DNA from: a virus
IMG/VR virus record: IMGVR_UViG_3300020470_001965
Reading direction: 5' to 3' (one strand)
Length of the DNA: 64,000 bases
Below the pieces are notes generated by a model. It saw nothing but the letters and a program-made list of their open reading frames with translations, did not search any database and was not told the origin of the DNA. The position numbers and the translations under genes were made by a program. Every line of letters begins with the position of its first letter. Position 1 is the first letter of the stretch. Below are positions 45,401 to 49,806 of the stretch, piece by piece.

Positions 45401-48182
45401 AAGCAACAAGTATGAGGTAGGTAAGGACTGGAATACAGACCCTGCACTTGTCCTACTAACTCCAGAAGTTGAAGTTGGATTTGAAAGAGCAGAATATAGA
45501 GTTCGTATTGAGCAACCAAATAACTTACGTCGTGGTGATGTATTATCATACATCCCTGCTTCGCAGACTTCTCTAACTGCATTGGCAACTCAACCATACT
45601 ACTATTGCTTAACTGCTACTGCTGAGTGGTTTGAGATTGGTGTATCACCAATCCACGATGGACGTTTCAGAGTCTTCCAGTTAGATACATCTAACACTGG
45701 ACAACAGATACTTGCAGTTGAGAGACGTAGTGGAATCACAAGAACCACTCCTACATACCCATCTGACCCATCTGTAACTCCTATTCAGGGTGGATTCAAT
45801 GCTGCTGATGTTATCTTCGGAGGCACATCTGATGCTTCTGCTGAGATATCTGCTATCACAATGAATGCAGCAAATATCAGACAACTCTTTACTCACTTCC
45901 CAACATCTAACCAGTCTCAAAACAACTCTGTTTATCAGACATTCACCAACGGTGAGCAAGTTAGAGTTGTAGGTGCAGTAACCAATACTGGATTTGTATT
46001 ACAAGCAGGTCCAATTGCTGAGGATGGCACTTCCTTCTTGAAGATTCATACAATCGCTGGTGCTATTAACCAGAATGATGTATTAGAAGGAGTCGATAGT
46101 GGTACCACAGCAACTGTTGGAGTCCCATCGGATCGCTTCTTTACAAACCTTAAGATGGGAAGCTTTAATCAGGGTGATTGGTTCTTTGATAGAGATTCTT
46201 CAGTCGAAGGATATATCGCTGAGTATGCTAACAAGTCTGGTAGTCTAACAGGTAACAGTGGTGGTCGTATCACGATTGATGTTGAAACAATCGCTGATGC
46301 ATGGATACCAGGTGATGTTATCTACGGTAGTGTTACTTCTTACATCCTTGATATCAAGGGTATCAGTGGCACACAATTACAACTTAACCAGTATGTCCAC
46401 GGACGTAATGTATACGAGTTGGATCTTGGCACTGCAATCATTGACACTGGTGTTAATGATACATTCAACGTTGGTGACGAGGTAGTCCTACTACAAGGTA
46501 CCACAGAGAAGAATCCAGGATTCAGAGCAACTGTAACCAAGTATACAAACGACCCAGATAATTCTATCCACAAACTTTGGATTGGTAACCTAGTCCCAGT
46601 TGGACTTGGTGCTCCTATATCTGAGGTAACCAACCCTAATAACAACATTGGTAAATTGGTTATCGGGTCTAACTTCCCAACAATCTACGCAGGTGTTAAT
46701 GCATATACAGATACACCTTACAGCTCTTACGCTAAGGTAGTTGCTATTGAGCAACAGGGTATTACTGCTACCATCTGGGTAGAAGATGCAGTTGGTGATT
46801 TCGTTGATAACATGACTCTTTCATCTGACGATGGATGGGGTGCTGCTGTTTCTTCTGCTCGCACACTTGAGGGTAGAGTTGAGCGTTACTTCAGAGGATT
46901 TGATGGAGTCCAGACTACATTTGACCTCACTGTTGCTAACGGTGAAGCATACTTCCCAGACCCTGCTGGACACCTATTAGCATTCGTTAATGGTATCCTA
47001 CAACCTCCTGGTGCAACTAACGCATACGTTGCATTCTCTGACAAGATACAGTTTACTGAAGCACCTGTAATTGGATCTCAATTCGTCGGTTACTACGTTG
47101 GTAAATTACGTCAGTTAGATGACATATCATTTGAGTTTGACTCCTTGAAGTCATCCTTTAACCTTAAGCGTCAGGGTCTATTCTACTCCTTGACATTGAC
47201 TGAGGGTGTATCATCTAACGTTATACGACCTGAGAATAACATCATCGTTTCACTCAATGGTATTATTCAGGAACCAGGTATCGCATACGAGATTGTTGGT
47301 TCACGTATCATCTTCGCTGAAGTCCCAAGATTCGGTGCTACATTCGTTGGATTCTCCTACATTGGTAGTGACGCTGACGTTATAGCAGCAACCGTGGTAC
47401 CACCTATCGAAGCTGGTGACAACCTCATGATAGAGGGTGAAGAATTTGCTCGTGAAGTTGCTCTAATTGAGTCTTCTAACTCCTTGATTACCTTTGAATA
47501 TACTGGGTCAGTTAAGGGTAGAAATGCAGATGCTATCGCATCTATAACTGCTGGTCAAATTAATAACGCTGTCCTAACCAACCCTGGCGATGGTTACACC
47601 TCACGTCCTAACGTTGACGTTATCTCCTCTTCTGGATTTGACGCTCGTTTGAAGGCACTTATGGGTGTATCTCGTGTTGATGTTAAGACTTCTGGTACTG
47701 GATATTCAATGCCATCAGTGGCTGTTGATAACGAAGTCCCAGACGACTGGACTCCTCCTGAAGGTGGTCCTATCAACGGTGGATTTGACGTACTCGCAGG
47801 TGAAGGTCCAGATGGACAACAGGGTGGTGGAGTTACTCCTGGCACAATAGCAATTGTTACAGACCCAGTTAACGTAACTGTTAACCAAGGTCAGACTGCT
47901 GCCTTCACAGTTGTTTCTACTGTAACTAACGATGAGACAATGAATTATCAGTGGCAGAAGAAGGAATACGGTACACAGACTTGGAGCAACATCATTGGTG
48001 CTAACCAGTCAACCTATAACACAGGTAATACCGTACAGGCAGACGATGGTGATGAATATAGAGTCGCTATTACAGCATCTGGTGCAACCCCAGTTTACTC
48101 ACTATCTGCTATCTTGACAGTCCAGACTGGTGCAACTGTAATCAGCAACTTCAGTCCAACAATGATATTTGACGACATCTAA
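18438..48182 (+). CDS. gp7: giant gp7-like baseplate wedge initiator / multidomain virion protein (9914 aa)
   Basis: Between gp6 and gp8; core motifs QLPDFIR, DFYISKGT...LFKILFGE, IQDSFFYQNFSY...HPAGF; plus YHYH-like, propeller-like, LamG-like, CBM-like, helical CxRD, YPR-repeat and Ig-like regions. Confidence 0.85.
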   Translation: MPTKNINVSDRVEYQLPDFIRQEDRQLVNFLFEYYKSQEKTGRPYDILNNLLGYLDLDQYSSTELSSSTLLLKDIGVYDKKIEIESIDGFQQKNGSIMIDNEVIYYEDVTRGPDVIITPGISFEQFNKKKQQLENPFQLFDGVETIFPLSFLGTPVAPPSAEHLIVITYNEMKVPGVDYFIEGTNIRFQEPPRMRTGADDSEFTQLTYLIGYSDQDIITTDAIPFEEWQNTKNYPLRVNTQPYTPTSEIGLVIKKNNRLQVPYTDFTVFQDRVVFKNPIGAADNIHIRSVEYIAPAYGSGATAIASVDDAGQIQALIPKKGGSKYRLDFNPKVTILSTSGGGSTARSLIGGIKDVTLIDGGQGYSSYNPPVPVCAPPTNTFGTPAKLALTVDDTTGKIDTVTITNSGSGYDFIPAISFQNPGGATISAPTIDGEGRVNIGSISVLTMGLNYSNPPTVYIDPAPDDGINAQAISKINQDGQVYEINIVNRGKGYTSVPRVQIIDPIGAQVLDVTVASGSVTNIEMLTGGQGYTDAPSVYIVDDRKDSYGVPIGGTGATAAATIFNGEITDINITNFGTGYSTEFPPKIYIAEPQKARASVDVGFDEVTGFDILEEGIGYSPSAFLECSRGVSGPVAYDNLHNEIYAGESALRQSNHLAGQTVINLDSLFIKEVFDKFRRQYLPTIDVDFSSVDPIQVIKNITDFYISKGTKLATQYLFKILFGEDVDLYYPKDEIISPSHATWVVDTVLRAELISGDPSNLIDSQVNQYADEVDLNVAAASALIENVITIIEGTDTIYELAISEETLEGSFVIPYKTKLVEPLTTTGQIITVDSTIGWPERNGTILIDDNETVQYKEKSLNQFIECTRSKNGVVEDWDPGTVIQSDIFVYTNKGTSEECKLRILGIAEAGTTVLNDTGSYYIKGDKLKVANLGSTAEDQRLSSWLYNVKKLIQVTSITPGGVNNQTATVVCDNPHGLLVEDTVTVYGANPVVYNGTFVVTARLDQYSFSYEIATPTEILPQGNILLSVDLNRGKSTIASINKVVSEFTTNIQNAFFNDNYVYVAASGLPNYKIGPFTGSALIPGNQRKLLRFPRTVQTISERQDVSPGTAIGSWINGVSIWSYKSKEYIQYGPLTNISVDNVGIGYDAGAKPNLEITGGGGINAAAEVVVNGALESFDVTEEGSGYTESPLVSIVGGGGVGATAQAVITGGRVTRILVEQPGSGYTSQPSVSITGGGGSGATANANVRGPISGITITNAGTGYTSLPAVKVNSGEGALAQPIVINGRIVSIAIINSGESYTTAPNVIINGDGFGAIAKATIGLTGEDKGRVLGVTITNKGIGYTQGMTTVRLESVGQLATFTPTVYQWNRNLQYDLVDNYDIARGYVFTGYNNQFGGEYAHLSDPKELRYVVGDNVFLDPVTQQFQELVANFKHSPIIGWAFDGNPIYGPYGYIDPTDQNSGIRRMRTSYKLKSNILYDEATNPNPARIDGPDLETYPPGQFVADYYYDFQSGDLDNYNGRFCKTPEYPDGTYAYFITVDSSDAGVAEFPYIMGPQFNSLPDNWNFSQVATQENIPSGVVRYRDPYVEVDIDVERQPNQEADVLTTEIEGYPLIFEIQDSNNDGIIDADEQQEILEMSEEATLQIYDYFPSVSAESRVDIEVETTTQFENAQIDGFVVENPGESYQVNDTVFFDNEGTGGFGASALIESVKGQKIIGYSKEMIGDRPYGHITTEIGHELRQQDEIIVNSRPIIDNTSKIYRVKVVAGVERINLIQEGTGYVEDIPPTFEVITPQGQDAQLEIIRELTGQVKTVNIINSGNGYDEDNPPQIRVSHPQQFKKTRYWLSEYMEAAGVIDIHHTVQSSLRYTYICGSITEPDGDMSGLLAKFDDLGQLIWERTLIPQNVGQKKLEFVRMHLDESLENDMIYVAGQYYDPNNSTFNPDVWMAQYESGFNNANAPDGILKWQKAIAGISGSTRRDWVTSICLDQDKNIYLGGYTDSNSPDPNDIWIVQCDIDGDLVEKRKIASADGSEELYQLQYISQDTFMFVGINKENNDVMYGVFYYDGANLEISWIRQVPVAGGYVRNPQFIIDEYDDVVLIWDIYNNGAAKYDKIQINKFPLATANTQWEWTKTVTVSGSPDSVRHAGISVDNFGNYTLVTDVIESQNQRYSIVHYMKYDGSLIAETKVDDTVNIGFQAKDHVVDNSGDCILTVNRQQSDQMAAYRFNDVLDLDYDFTKQNLATFNIYSPSDASVDTSFYRFGTSALKLSAVCPIKLSGYNLSNPEFSFQGWFSMATAQQSAQNTKPLFFDLTPITGDSIQVELDGDSNSANFEKWVMYVNSVEVATSTSATNWTTFAGGAWCHVTFQKREESLGLYRYEVFINGNQQLSYQSTSDINMADMTIAGKYSAPVSGTSFIGWIDDLVVDDNAPYATAAYTLPTDELPVTTSNSDVALIKFDRLHSRRDSYTATGLTKYTDFAFTDASVQTTWVALAAGAITLWETGPGGLQILDMSQAPSTYIPGTYTLTENNYEYATKTSTIPSPAGKKLLITADVISKFYMRDALYQKIDNVMEFTFSQDIKLTKGAILEQFNDAGVTQAYGTIVKVPEGTLLNPGYGTKYQVGKIFGTFNNTDRYRTTANDVNQITGTYFDTEEPEEPWEAGKAYLANDKVYSDKKIYQAQGAGTSGNIAPTHTAGVVSDGVINWAFIDDAGKFTIDLTEHPHPRPQYLGLDMPEWVDGLLYVEGQQVWHKLNVYEVAVGGAGVAGTTPPTHTTGSASDGGVTWDYKSTSEAIGTYARNMGYDQGNNYSVQIVEIHPGSTFIPEDVVSLNADNITVAEDEKSVVVSGFASVKKIRVTARLEKDLIRTGEVRTKYVYATSNSAHGFAAGDILFTEGFQGIQFNGSFFVDQVIGTREYTFGIRDTAVSDPTFNNNAINNVNIYAKHPTLEFTRNHQYVFDISDTSNFGYYLSFSQDNQYKLEYSFNNITRSGTPGVPLGGGSYPFVKFSVLGDVTNISYYFDPSRVGANSPVGDNSFIDVITTPYQGTFKISEVIGDYEFKFPLLKEPERQNAEIINDEFDNPYSYYSTTSTRAVGPINSIKLVAAGGFYQKLPIISDIASFRQIEKCVITSGGTEYAPGVYYDVPIDGDGEGAKCTITVEVDDEVGSGTLTDVAVTDPGKGYTIASIDIDAIPGILGSQLAGSGGTVDVIIPDEGSGASVFLTGTNIGKIKRLKNNEFGFGYSHDYTLKPEITFPVNLQLFNTSILSEIKITDPGAGYTSTPAVVIEGGGGSGAEAEAVIKNNRLNEIIIKNPGAGYSSEPTVTLKSEFNYVVNLDLNYLQFNFPHGITTGAEITFRADNVGSTVGELPKPSTAGLTSLVEGQVYYAIAGEAAGLESDQIRFGLTLQSAQAGDYITFLTQGSGRQTLLTEVFGGKATAVVETSRFLEGEQVFQGSAIETQTAIGTVSTNTGWQIGPKILKIVDYTGDWIAGEKVTGVISKASGLIDNLSIARGVLNIGSLTKTPGRFIDDVGKPSEIVQKIQDSFFYQNFSYVIQSQTPITEWKTQVLENNHPAGFNMFGQLQLTGGKDVSGRKIGTEFTKQVNINNYSNVNQITSFGAAQPIYTDYNNTEVLFRKKRLTSSEEILTSIVKKLDDISPQFNGIDKQFPITVEGEQVIVQQNQLMITLNGVIQSPGESYQVVGPNLVFSEPPKPASKVNYRILGVTPTPIYRIALYTSGGGTNFGIFPTMGQQVQGVFSDAVATVIDSGLAHIDVINVTGGTFQLNEEIVRGEIFSALIESVELVNTETIFEFGETITNLEGDTAIIEETNVVDGVVNDRLVVSKTSGTAKFETGIFDLKLNEYVYSASSKIAGQITFISPYIDPITSEVVDELIINRGSTFFGLLFERLVSLENPNVILDDISQSSITPTELYNPDERINADFLDFEEVRTTEITYTNLANGTIEVGDRIVSKDVDYGNPVSTFHGIAANRFLDAKRNVANNKQEIIDFAEGAIAVQFEDYYFPSDVITNPWSRFKDAYRLIQKNKAMIAGMAFDDMKTQYPSSSIPSDSKCKRDIEYLIDAISIDMYAGGNRYTRKFCQQYFDANGTFTYVNGQSAETKFAYEKAVERMNAALANQYSGTINAVNSGDSWTAYQDTTITADPSPGDDYGTNGSNTSNTDAANCSDVQSAITTLGNIVDTTLTNGNLGELPDETEGTYSPHQEKCRRDLGYFVDALANDLGSGGNFNIVEFTKKFFDDAGVPLTNGIVGEEAEAVHAFTQAGELSKRAINNLMYWKDLSGIGYNLNDPTTYTGGTAPAHRYDANYDTGNNQDIANCANVKTYIDTLSGIATTAMTAGNLTNINALASITDGTFQDGETIRTIKLAYKDKSTGLFATGDSIKGVTSGATCESIGANSGLKWIFTGAITGTFQANEYITNSTLSVQGAVTQSVIVKKAELSGSKSIYIPAAGYLNAADSYDFNFGTGDFTVSGWFRPAVNVGTQHLFDFRRLSAAEGLNIRFDGQQLKVYNGTTLGISSGNVFANTGEWYHIEVVRSSNVTQAYVNGAQVGSNWTDNNDYAYAPCAVGTSFQQLQGWTGHIDNVYVKKGVADHTSGFTPSNIFDPDAVDMVLGLDGEAPFVVSTTSVYAKYTGQNTSSATAKKVDYDERDIIIEDVDLGRQEYRNCADILDLNAAWIAEEAVGMMKATFSDFTIRGDDPASNFYGGTNTCIRDTKDYILGAMIKDLHEGGNYHTLYTARTYLTASGKLDHIEEEVLQALYTWDKVIDLCNLVLTTTSTDLSGTYTTKLRIPNNFSTPASQAVQDYITQLGTDLLEVVAPKDVRFRDSGVLIWKNRDYIAEETAEYIQNKYQQTINSTTYDFLEMPGYGQPYCERDIKDHILPAVINDLATGGTYQTQAVIDNYLDSNQNILHVEHEINPMLDAIDFARMLCLKAINNLLLSPGEVAAELGAPAQMQDEYYTPLYTTNTAYRDDTIVIDPEGYPQTTRTSNDRYLDAVEMIQTNKHVIAKEVVAIMNDLSKFEGLNIPGGAINCEDDVIDMIDSISHDIQYDCNEKTYDAAALYIEPEDNSLKHIEGEWEASITVVKILRDVCALTMRNAFGRDYHDGGEPDIKPVQTYEQNPRETVYKLCGDAIDGNIRYIAEQAVAAGTKQFPSLNIPGGPINCVHDVTDILRSLVFNLKYGGNNMLQYGTEYYVNSGGNLIHVTSQSTESVWIMNKAKEFAIRAMKDQVITNDAGHSVGQRFYDAVPKPTNQLLISEPAGTGQGAGGGGGITTTMNNIVTREFDFGDTLISTTDSSVGLVPDEDAVFRCITTLPSGTPTDCTLFECGSASSGVWFGIRDNGTYLRLRAGTATQSYAGGASYTSDTGLAMLDLQISSLSTYFDGGDHELVWEIRVGGDIGTGPGRVKLWIDGVPVGEAVTPGLNSVTGLTGGQGMFADANYGGFGMSSTTWPSGEPGAKNVFTVNVGATPKIAYDVSHADYDASTGDLVLNVGHHDFTNNTKIQLKTNSLIFTCTQDDNATNHSYPRSGDPAGNTAVDIIDVGVVPFTATDAAYDPNSGIMTVTVPSHNFADSTTHTASDATYDPNTGILEVTVNNHGFKTGEQVKIHQGSLIFTCSQDNHASKHGYPRTKDPAGDQWLAIEEVTMHTFKVQVGQTAKREYDVSDATYDQATGELKLEVGNHNFVEATQHIATDAEFTAKTGMLKIHCSQHGFGNGDQILIQDGSMTFTCSMDNHYTNHVYPRSTDPASEKWLSVENATEDSFEVNIGESPIKHFTPTGASYNSATGEMTLTIGTHTLSVGTHIKIAGYSLNFTCAMDNYKSIHAYPRVTDPYHNEPMAITAVTADTITVNVGSTPQVNHTPTDGDYDPLTGDMVLHIGNHDLRPITRYPVSNASYNPLTGLMTITSVAHNIGTGDMVKIRPNSLTFTCAMDGNSTEHSYPRLTDPVAGQWLPVTGSTADTFDVNVGMSPSVNYTPSAVSFTPTTGDMVMTLGNNWLRAPETHKHTNAAYDPTTGIMTLTVADHGFANGDRVWIASNSINFNCTLDGGFSEHRYPRASDPAGNRFLTVTNITKDTFDVQVLDVVPSTNQSAHTFIPEQGITPTGATFDTATGIMTITSGTHHLQDGDYIRIADGAVTFRCDEDGQASDHAYPRATDPVSGKWIQVFNTTNTNFSFQVLENVPCTNTTTHVFQSAVSNSIERGNIIKGGEALKVQTNSLTFTCAQDDHATNHTYPRSTGSNFGGNSGADPVYDKAIPIKHVGTTKHTVTTGAYNPSTGVMTLTVPNHGFITHTPMTATDGSYNPATSVMTLKVGNHGLVEGDRIMITDGGVTFRCDKDDNSTTHTYPRSTDPVSGKWLTVSNVTSDYFDVTTGRFFGHNQITSDAVHTFSSGAQGGIWKANDKIKMDPESITFRCAKDNNNTNHAYPRKSDPSHHEWLPISNANQNTFDVQVGRSQDTSVHQFVSAKPSGVERPDGTITLHVGKSSNTTEHTFVSAATGCIQTGGNHIHSFVANNALTPTNAGYNPNTGIMTLTINGHGLIDGDRVMLNDDAIVFRCDEDAQASDHAYPRNTDPSSGQWLPIQNVTANTFDIKVLFDVPSTNVTTHVFQSAASNSVNVFAVWREGDSIRIDDDSLIFTCGMDGHSTNHTYPRGSGSNYSGDIATTAGADPYFQNSIKIQDVTRVRKTATNVAYTPDTGVMTITLGASHGVSNGDRIKIAPYSISLKCEKDNYATEHKYPRPTDPMFDQWLTVSNAQATTIDVNVGLSGANDRFAHTFHSADANGIHHQSGKIRVHVGKSSNTSEHRFVGVSGLQPVIAGGNYAHAFVSANSGAVHTGGDYIHKFVSATHLTPTNATYNPTTGIMQLTAADHGLVVGSYIKMDEGAVTFTCTQDGDASYHSYPRSSDPMNDTWMKVLAATATTFDVQVLNNTPSTNTTAHTFKSAGRNSVTLASFTKANDTVSLRPDGLVFTCTKDGNATEHSYPRVTDPAYNESLKILDSGISQHTPTGATYTPSTGVLQLTVNNHNFASGDKIMIEDDSLLFTCTMDDNSTAKAYPRGSDPISRQWRDVTIVNSNTISINVGTTANTTKNVLDASYTATTGKLELNIGNHDLKSGQAIKLADNSLTFTCDMDNHGSQHTYPRTTINQWTATGATYNGNSGYMTLTVNNHGLDDGSLIKIDDNALTFRCDFDGNSSDHDYPRASDPISGNWTKIKNTTTNTFDVFVGKSPFVGWDPQDVDYNPTTGVMKVVIGTHNLAVGEKIWLAEESFTFTCAQDNHQTDHKYPRSSDPSFNSPVEITAVEDGSISFNVLSTTPSTNTTAHTFKKSKGMTPTAISYSPASGAMTVTVANHGMVNGEVIKIEDFGLTFTCAKDSHATEHVYPRPTDPFSGRWMEISSVTNDTFVVNVLDDAPSSNTSSHTFVSAKAGCIIRGSIRTGGAYTHSFQSCAANGIKQKRDRVYDHSITIESVGDATYTATAAAYTASTGLLTLTVANNPFSNGDHIKLADNSIIFTCDMDGNATQHSYPRPSDPASGKYLEVSNVSGNDFDVNVGATAAAPYNVSDATYDPTTGEMTLDIGPHPFDSASQHTVENATYNPLTGYMTIHLNDHGFEIGDRVHFAQESISFSCQMDNYITNKAYPRATDPMAERWQEVENVTQHTFDVYVGSDPLETFNVTAATYNPTSGDLVLTIGDHHLTVGESIKLKTESLVFTCDFNGDGNTTQKAYPRATGSSAVGNNGADYVYNTAITITAVTANTITLNVNGGQGAITDTTAHNFVLTAASTGAVIAGGYHPHTFSSAVANGLYRSHQSVYLVADGLSFKCNQDNFSTTHTYPRAAGVTTSTVTAATYDPTSGHMRLTVTGHGYNNNDWIKIADNSLTFRCQQDSLGSDHTYPRSTDPVSGKWIQIRNVTTNTFDVQVLKDVPSTNVTDHVFQSASANGITHKKDPYYDTALPIKSVTGSTITINIGKSSNTSVHQWAGGVSVGAVTGGGQYTHTFVSAVADGIHWKDSTIVIDVGESQAHSWTPTAVSYDPSNGEMTVTVPGHNIQSGDKLRLASKGFTFQCNQDSYGSDHKYPRPNGYSGATADDPAYDDRVTVASVSGDDFVVNVGTSSNTTAHQWVNTVSNETYTPTSASYNPETGKMNISIPADTKDVSTATYNPTTGVLEMTIGSHTLTTSDKIKLKPNSLSFTCDYLGDGNATVKTYPRANGAETSTGADYAYDTVLDITAVSGTTITVNVNGGQGAVTDTSAHTWSGGTSTGAVIVANDFANGDFIKIVDGTFVFTCDKDNNSTNHAYPRSTDPSSGRWLEISNWNGDTFDVQVLDVVPSTNTTAHTFVSISGSNGVSRSMITSGGNYSHTFVSASAGAVKVGGDFTHTFDSAKTGCLHRQNGWITLDVKAAASADQYAHTFVRAVAGALIGGGNYSHTFVSAATNGIEKANEYIYIDEGSIHMTCDRDDNTSIHAYPRATDFAGDEWLAVHNTTSTTFDVMIGKSSDKTKHHFVAADLHGIKKQDGTITVNVGIGGVGNRFAHTFVSAISGAVIKGGDYRHTWVSGAANAITVVDSGLQLTPTDGFYDPVSGDLTLTVAGHSLTQNDNITLAPGSVVFTCTSDQNATNHAYPRATDFADGRILPVTAVNSWAYPVSTKLSYYRSRLVDYNYTGTEAGNVEGEIASLIQFVTDGIQTPGIVNGRSYTMPICWPVKYTDDVVVRDLSVTYDTAGGGQDANGTWNQTCMESASALSTLTDIFINTIQEAAENQVNYLTASVTKTFPFNSNTNYQAGTCYDCTSTADTLFDIMLHALGGGATNSKRVSNILLFNTQSICGRSFDETVATYPGTNLTIDFAQDVLKAVRYDLVTGGNAGAFKLSQTWFDGEGNFIAFPTVTRSHILFCLTRIREYIKSVMYLHTSDAVWLNYDVYIPTDRFEWNQEAVEFMVDSSLNPIEYALERSTFATEARVTFIPSTDVVNLSNKYEVGKDWNTDPALVLLTPEVEVGFERAEYRVRIEQPNNLRRGDVLSYIPASQTSLTALATQPYYYCLTATAEWFEIGVSPIHDGRFRVFQLDTSNTGQQILAVERRSGITRTTPTYPSDPSVTPIQGGFNAADVIFGGTSDASAEISAITMNAANIRQLFTHFPTSNQSQNNSVYQTFTNGEQVRVVGAVTNTGFVLQAGPIAEDGTSFLKIHTIAGAINQNDVLEGVDSGTTATVGVPSDRFFTNLKMGSFNQGDWFFDRDSSVEGYIAEYANKSGSLTGNSGGRITIDVETIADAWIPGDVIYGSVTSYILDIKGISGTQLQLNQYVHGRNVYELDLGTAIIDTGVNDTFNVGDEVVLLQGTTEKNPGFRATVTKYTNDPDNSIHKLWIGNLVPVGLGAPISEVTNPNNNIGKLVIGSNFPTIYAGVNAYTDTPYSSYAKVVAIEQQGITATIWVEDAVGDFVDNMTLSSDDGWGAAVSSARTLEGRVERYFRGFDGVQTTFDLTVANGEAYFPDPAGHLLAFVNGILQPPGATNAYVAFSDKIQFTEAPVIGSQFVGYYVGKLRQLDDISFEFDSLKSSFNLKRQGLFYSLTLTEGVSSNVIRPENNIIVSLNGIIQEPGIAYEIVGSRIIFAEVPRFGATFVGFSYIGSDADVIAATVVPPIEAGDNLMIEGEEFAREVALIESSNSLITFEYTGSVKGRNADAIASITAGQINNAVLTNPGDGYTSRPNVDVISSSGFDARLKALMGVSRVDVKTSGTGYSMPSVAVDNEVPDDWTPPEGGPINGGFDVLAGEGPDGQQGGGVTPGTIAIVTDPVNVTVNQGQTAAFTVVSTVTNDETMNYQWQKKEYGTQTWSNIIGANQSTYNTGNTVQADDGDEYRVAITASGATPVYSLSAILTVQTGATVISNFSPTMIFDDI
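34870..44420 (+). repeat. 30 intragenic protein repeats F-x-C-x2-D-x5-H-x-YPR-x2-DP within gp7
   Basis: Counted by hand in the translation; first YPR at about 35061, last at about 44352. Confidence 0.9.
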
Positions 48183-48190
48183 ATAAAACT

Positions 48191-49780
48191 ATGGCTGCTA
48201 CCGCAACTATTAACGAAGCAACACAAGCACTCACGGTGAGCTCGAATTTACTTCCGTCTCCCGTGAGCAGTGGTACGTTCCCAAATAACGATAACCCAAA
48301 TAGTATAGTAGAGCACGATTGGGATTGGACATTCCAATATCGTGGTGGTACATTTGGCACAACAAGAGTATTTGATGATAATACTTGGACACAAGATGGT
48401 TTTATTAGGTCGATTAATATATCTGTTAATGATTTAAACAACTTTACAGGTGGCACACCTAATATACAAGCAGGTGATGAGGTCTTATTTGACTTCGGAG
48501 ACATAAAAAGAAGATATATTTTTAGAGGCACTACCTTTACATCTATTGCTGGTGAGTTTTGGTTAGCAACTGACCAAAGAATTGACATTATAATGGAGGA
48601 TAGTGGCACAGGATTGAATGGTACATACACATATCATGACCAAAGAAACGGTAGATCCAACACACCATTAGGCACTATTGGTGTTACTGGTAATGGAGTG
48701 ATGATTTTCAACCCTTCTGGTGGTACAAGTATGAATCCACCATCAGGATTTAACTGGGTTGCTGCTGGTGACACTCCCTTTGTTGAATTTGGAGAGGATT
48801 CTTGTGCTGGACACCCACAAGAGCAGGGTATATACCACTATGATGACGCAGATTTCTTAGATTGTTGGAAATCTAACTCCACAATGGCATCATATAACGA
48901 TTATTATGGTGCAACTCAGTACAATGGTAACAATATTCGTCACCCAGACGGTCATTCTAAGATAATTGGTATAGCATTTGATGGATTTCCCATCTATGGA
49001 CCTTATGCATACGACCAATCTTGGGATAGTTTGAGTGGTACAAGAGTTATGAGGACTTCCTATTCAGTAAAAGCAACTGAAACACCAGGAAGACCTGATT
49101 ATGGTAATGATACGGACAATCCTCCTGCTGGAGCACTCATGCAGGACTGGGAATATGTTGAAGCAACAGGAGATTTAGACATACACAACGGAAGATTCTG
49201 TGTAACACCTGAATATCCTAATGGAACCTATGCATATTTCGTAACTGTTGACCAAACTGACGTTAGCATAACAAAATTCCCATATATTTTGGGACTTCAG
49301 AGCAGAGAAACACTTACAGCACCTGAAAATAATGGATCAAACCCTGTCCAACAGGGTGGAGATGGTGGAGATGGTGGTGGAGTAACTTCTACATTACAAA
49401 TTGCTCTACAACCAGCAAATGTATCAGTCAATGCAAACCAAACTGCTACATTTACCATATCAGCACAGATATTACCAGAAGACGGACCTATTTCTTATCA
49501 GTGGTATAGGTCTACTGACGGTGGATACGCATTCGCTGCTGTAACTGGTGCAACAACTAACACTTATGCAGTCACTGCTTTAGCATATATGACTGGTTAT
49601 AGGTATCGTTGTCGCATTGCAGGACCAGTAGGAGGCGAAGCAGCAACAAACTCGCCATTGGATTCACAAGCTGCGGTTCTTACTGTCACTGGCAGTGGAG
49701 ATGGTGGATCACTTGCTAATAGATTCGATAGTACTCAGTCTACTATGGATTCAACGCAACAAACATTCGATGGCACCTAA
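48191..49780 (+). CDS. YHYH-domain virion protein with Ig-like domain
   Basis: GIYHYD, GHSKIIGIAFDGFPIYGPY, GDLDIHNGRFCVTPEYPNGTYAYF; QPANVSV...YQWY...YRYRC; CTAAATA late-promoter variant 48179-48185. Confidence 0.85.
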   Translation: MAATATINEATQALTVSSNLLPSPVSSGTFPNNDNPNSIVEHDWDWTFQYRGGTFGTTRVFDDNTWTQDGFIRSINISVNDLNNFTGGTPNIQAGDEVLFDFGDIKRRYIFRGTTFTSIAGEFWLATDQRIDIIMEDSGTGLNGTYTYHDQRNGRSNTPLGTIGVTGNGVMIFNPSGGTSMNPPSGFNWVAAGDTPFVEFGEDSCAGHPQEQGIYHYDDADFLDCWKSNSTMASYNDYYGATQYNGNNIRHPDGHSKIIGIAFDGFPIYGPYAYDQSWDSLSGTRVMRTSYSVKATETPGRPDYGNDTDNPPAGALMQDWEYVEATGDLDIHNGRFCVTPEYPNGTYAYFVTVDQTDVSITKFPYILGLQSRETLTAPENNGSNPVQQGGDGGDGGGVTSTLQIALQPANVSVNANQTATFTISAQILPEDGPISYQWYRSTDGGYAFAAVTGATTNTYAVTALAYMTGYRYRCRIAGPVGGEAATNSPLDSQAAVLTVTGSGDGGSLANRFDSTQSTMDSTQQTFDGT

Positions 49781-49806
49781 ATACAACTGTAGAAAAGTAA
49801 CTACCA

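Noticed and set aside
18438-48182. Intein, intron or stop-codon recoding explaining the giant ORF
   Set aside because: No intein splice motifs or homing endonuclease recognised; the frame is open in the standard code and all three stops are used normally elsewhere
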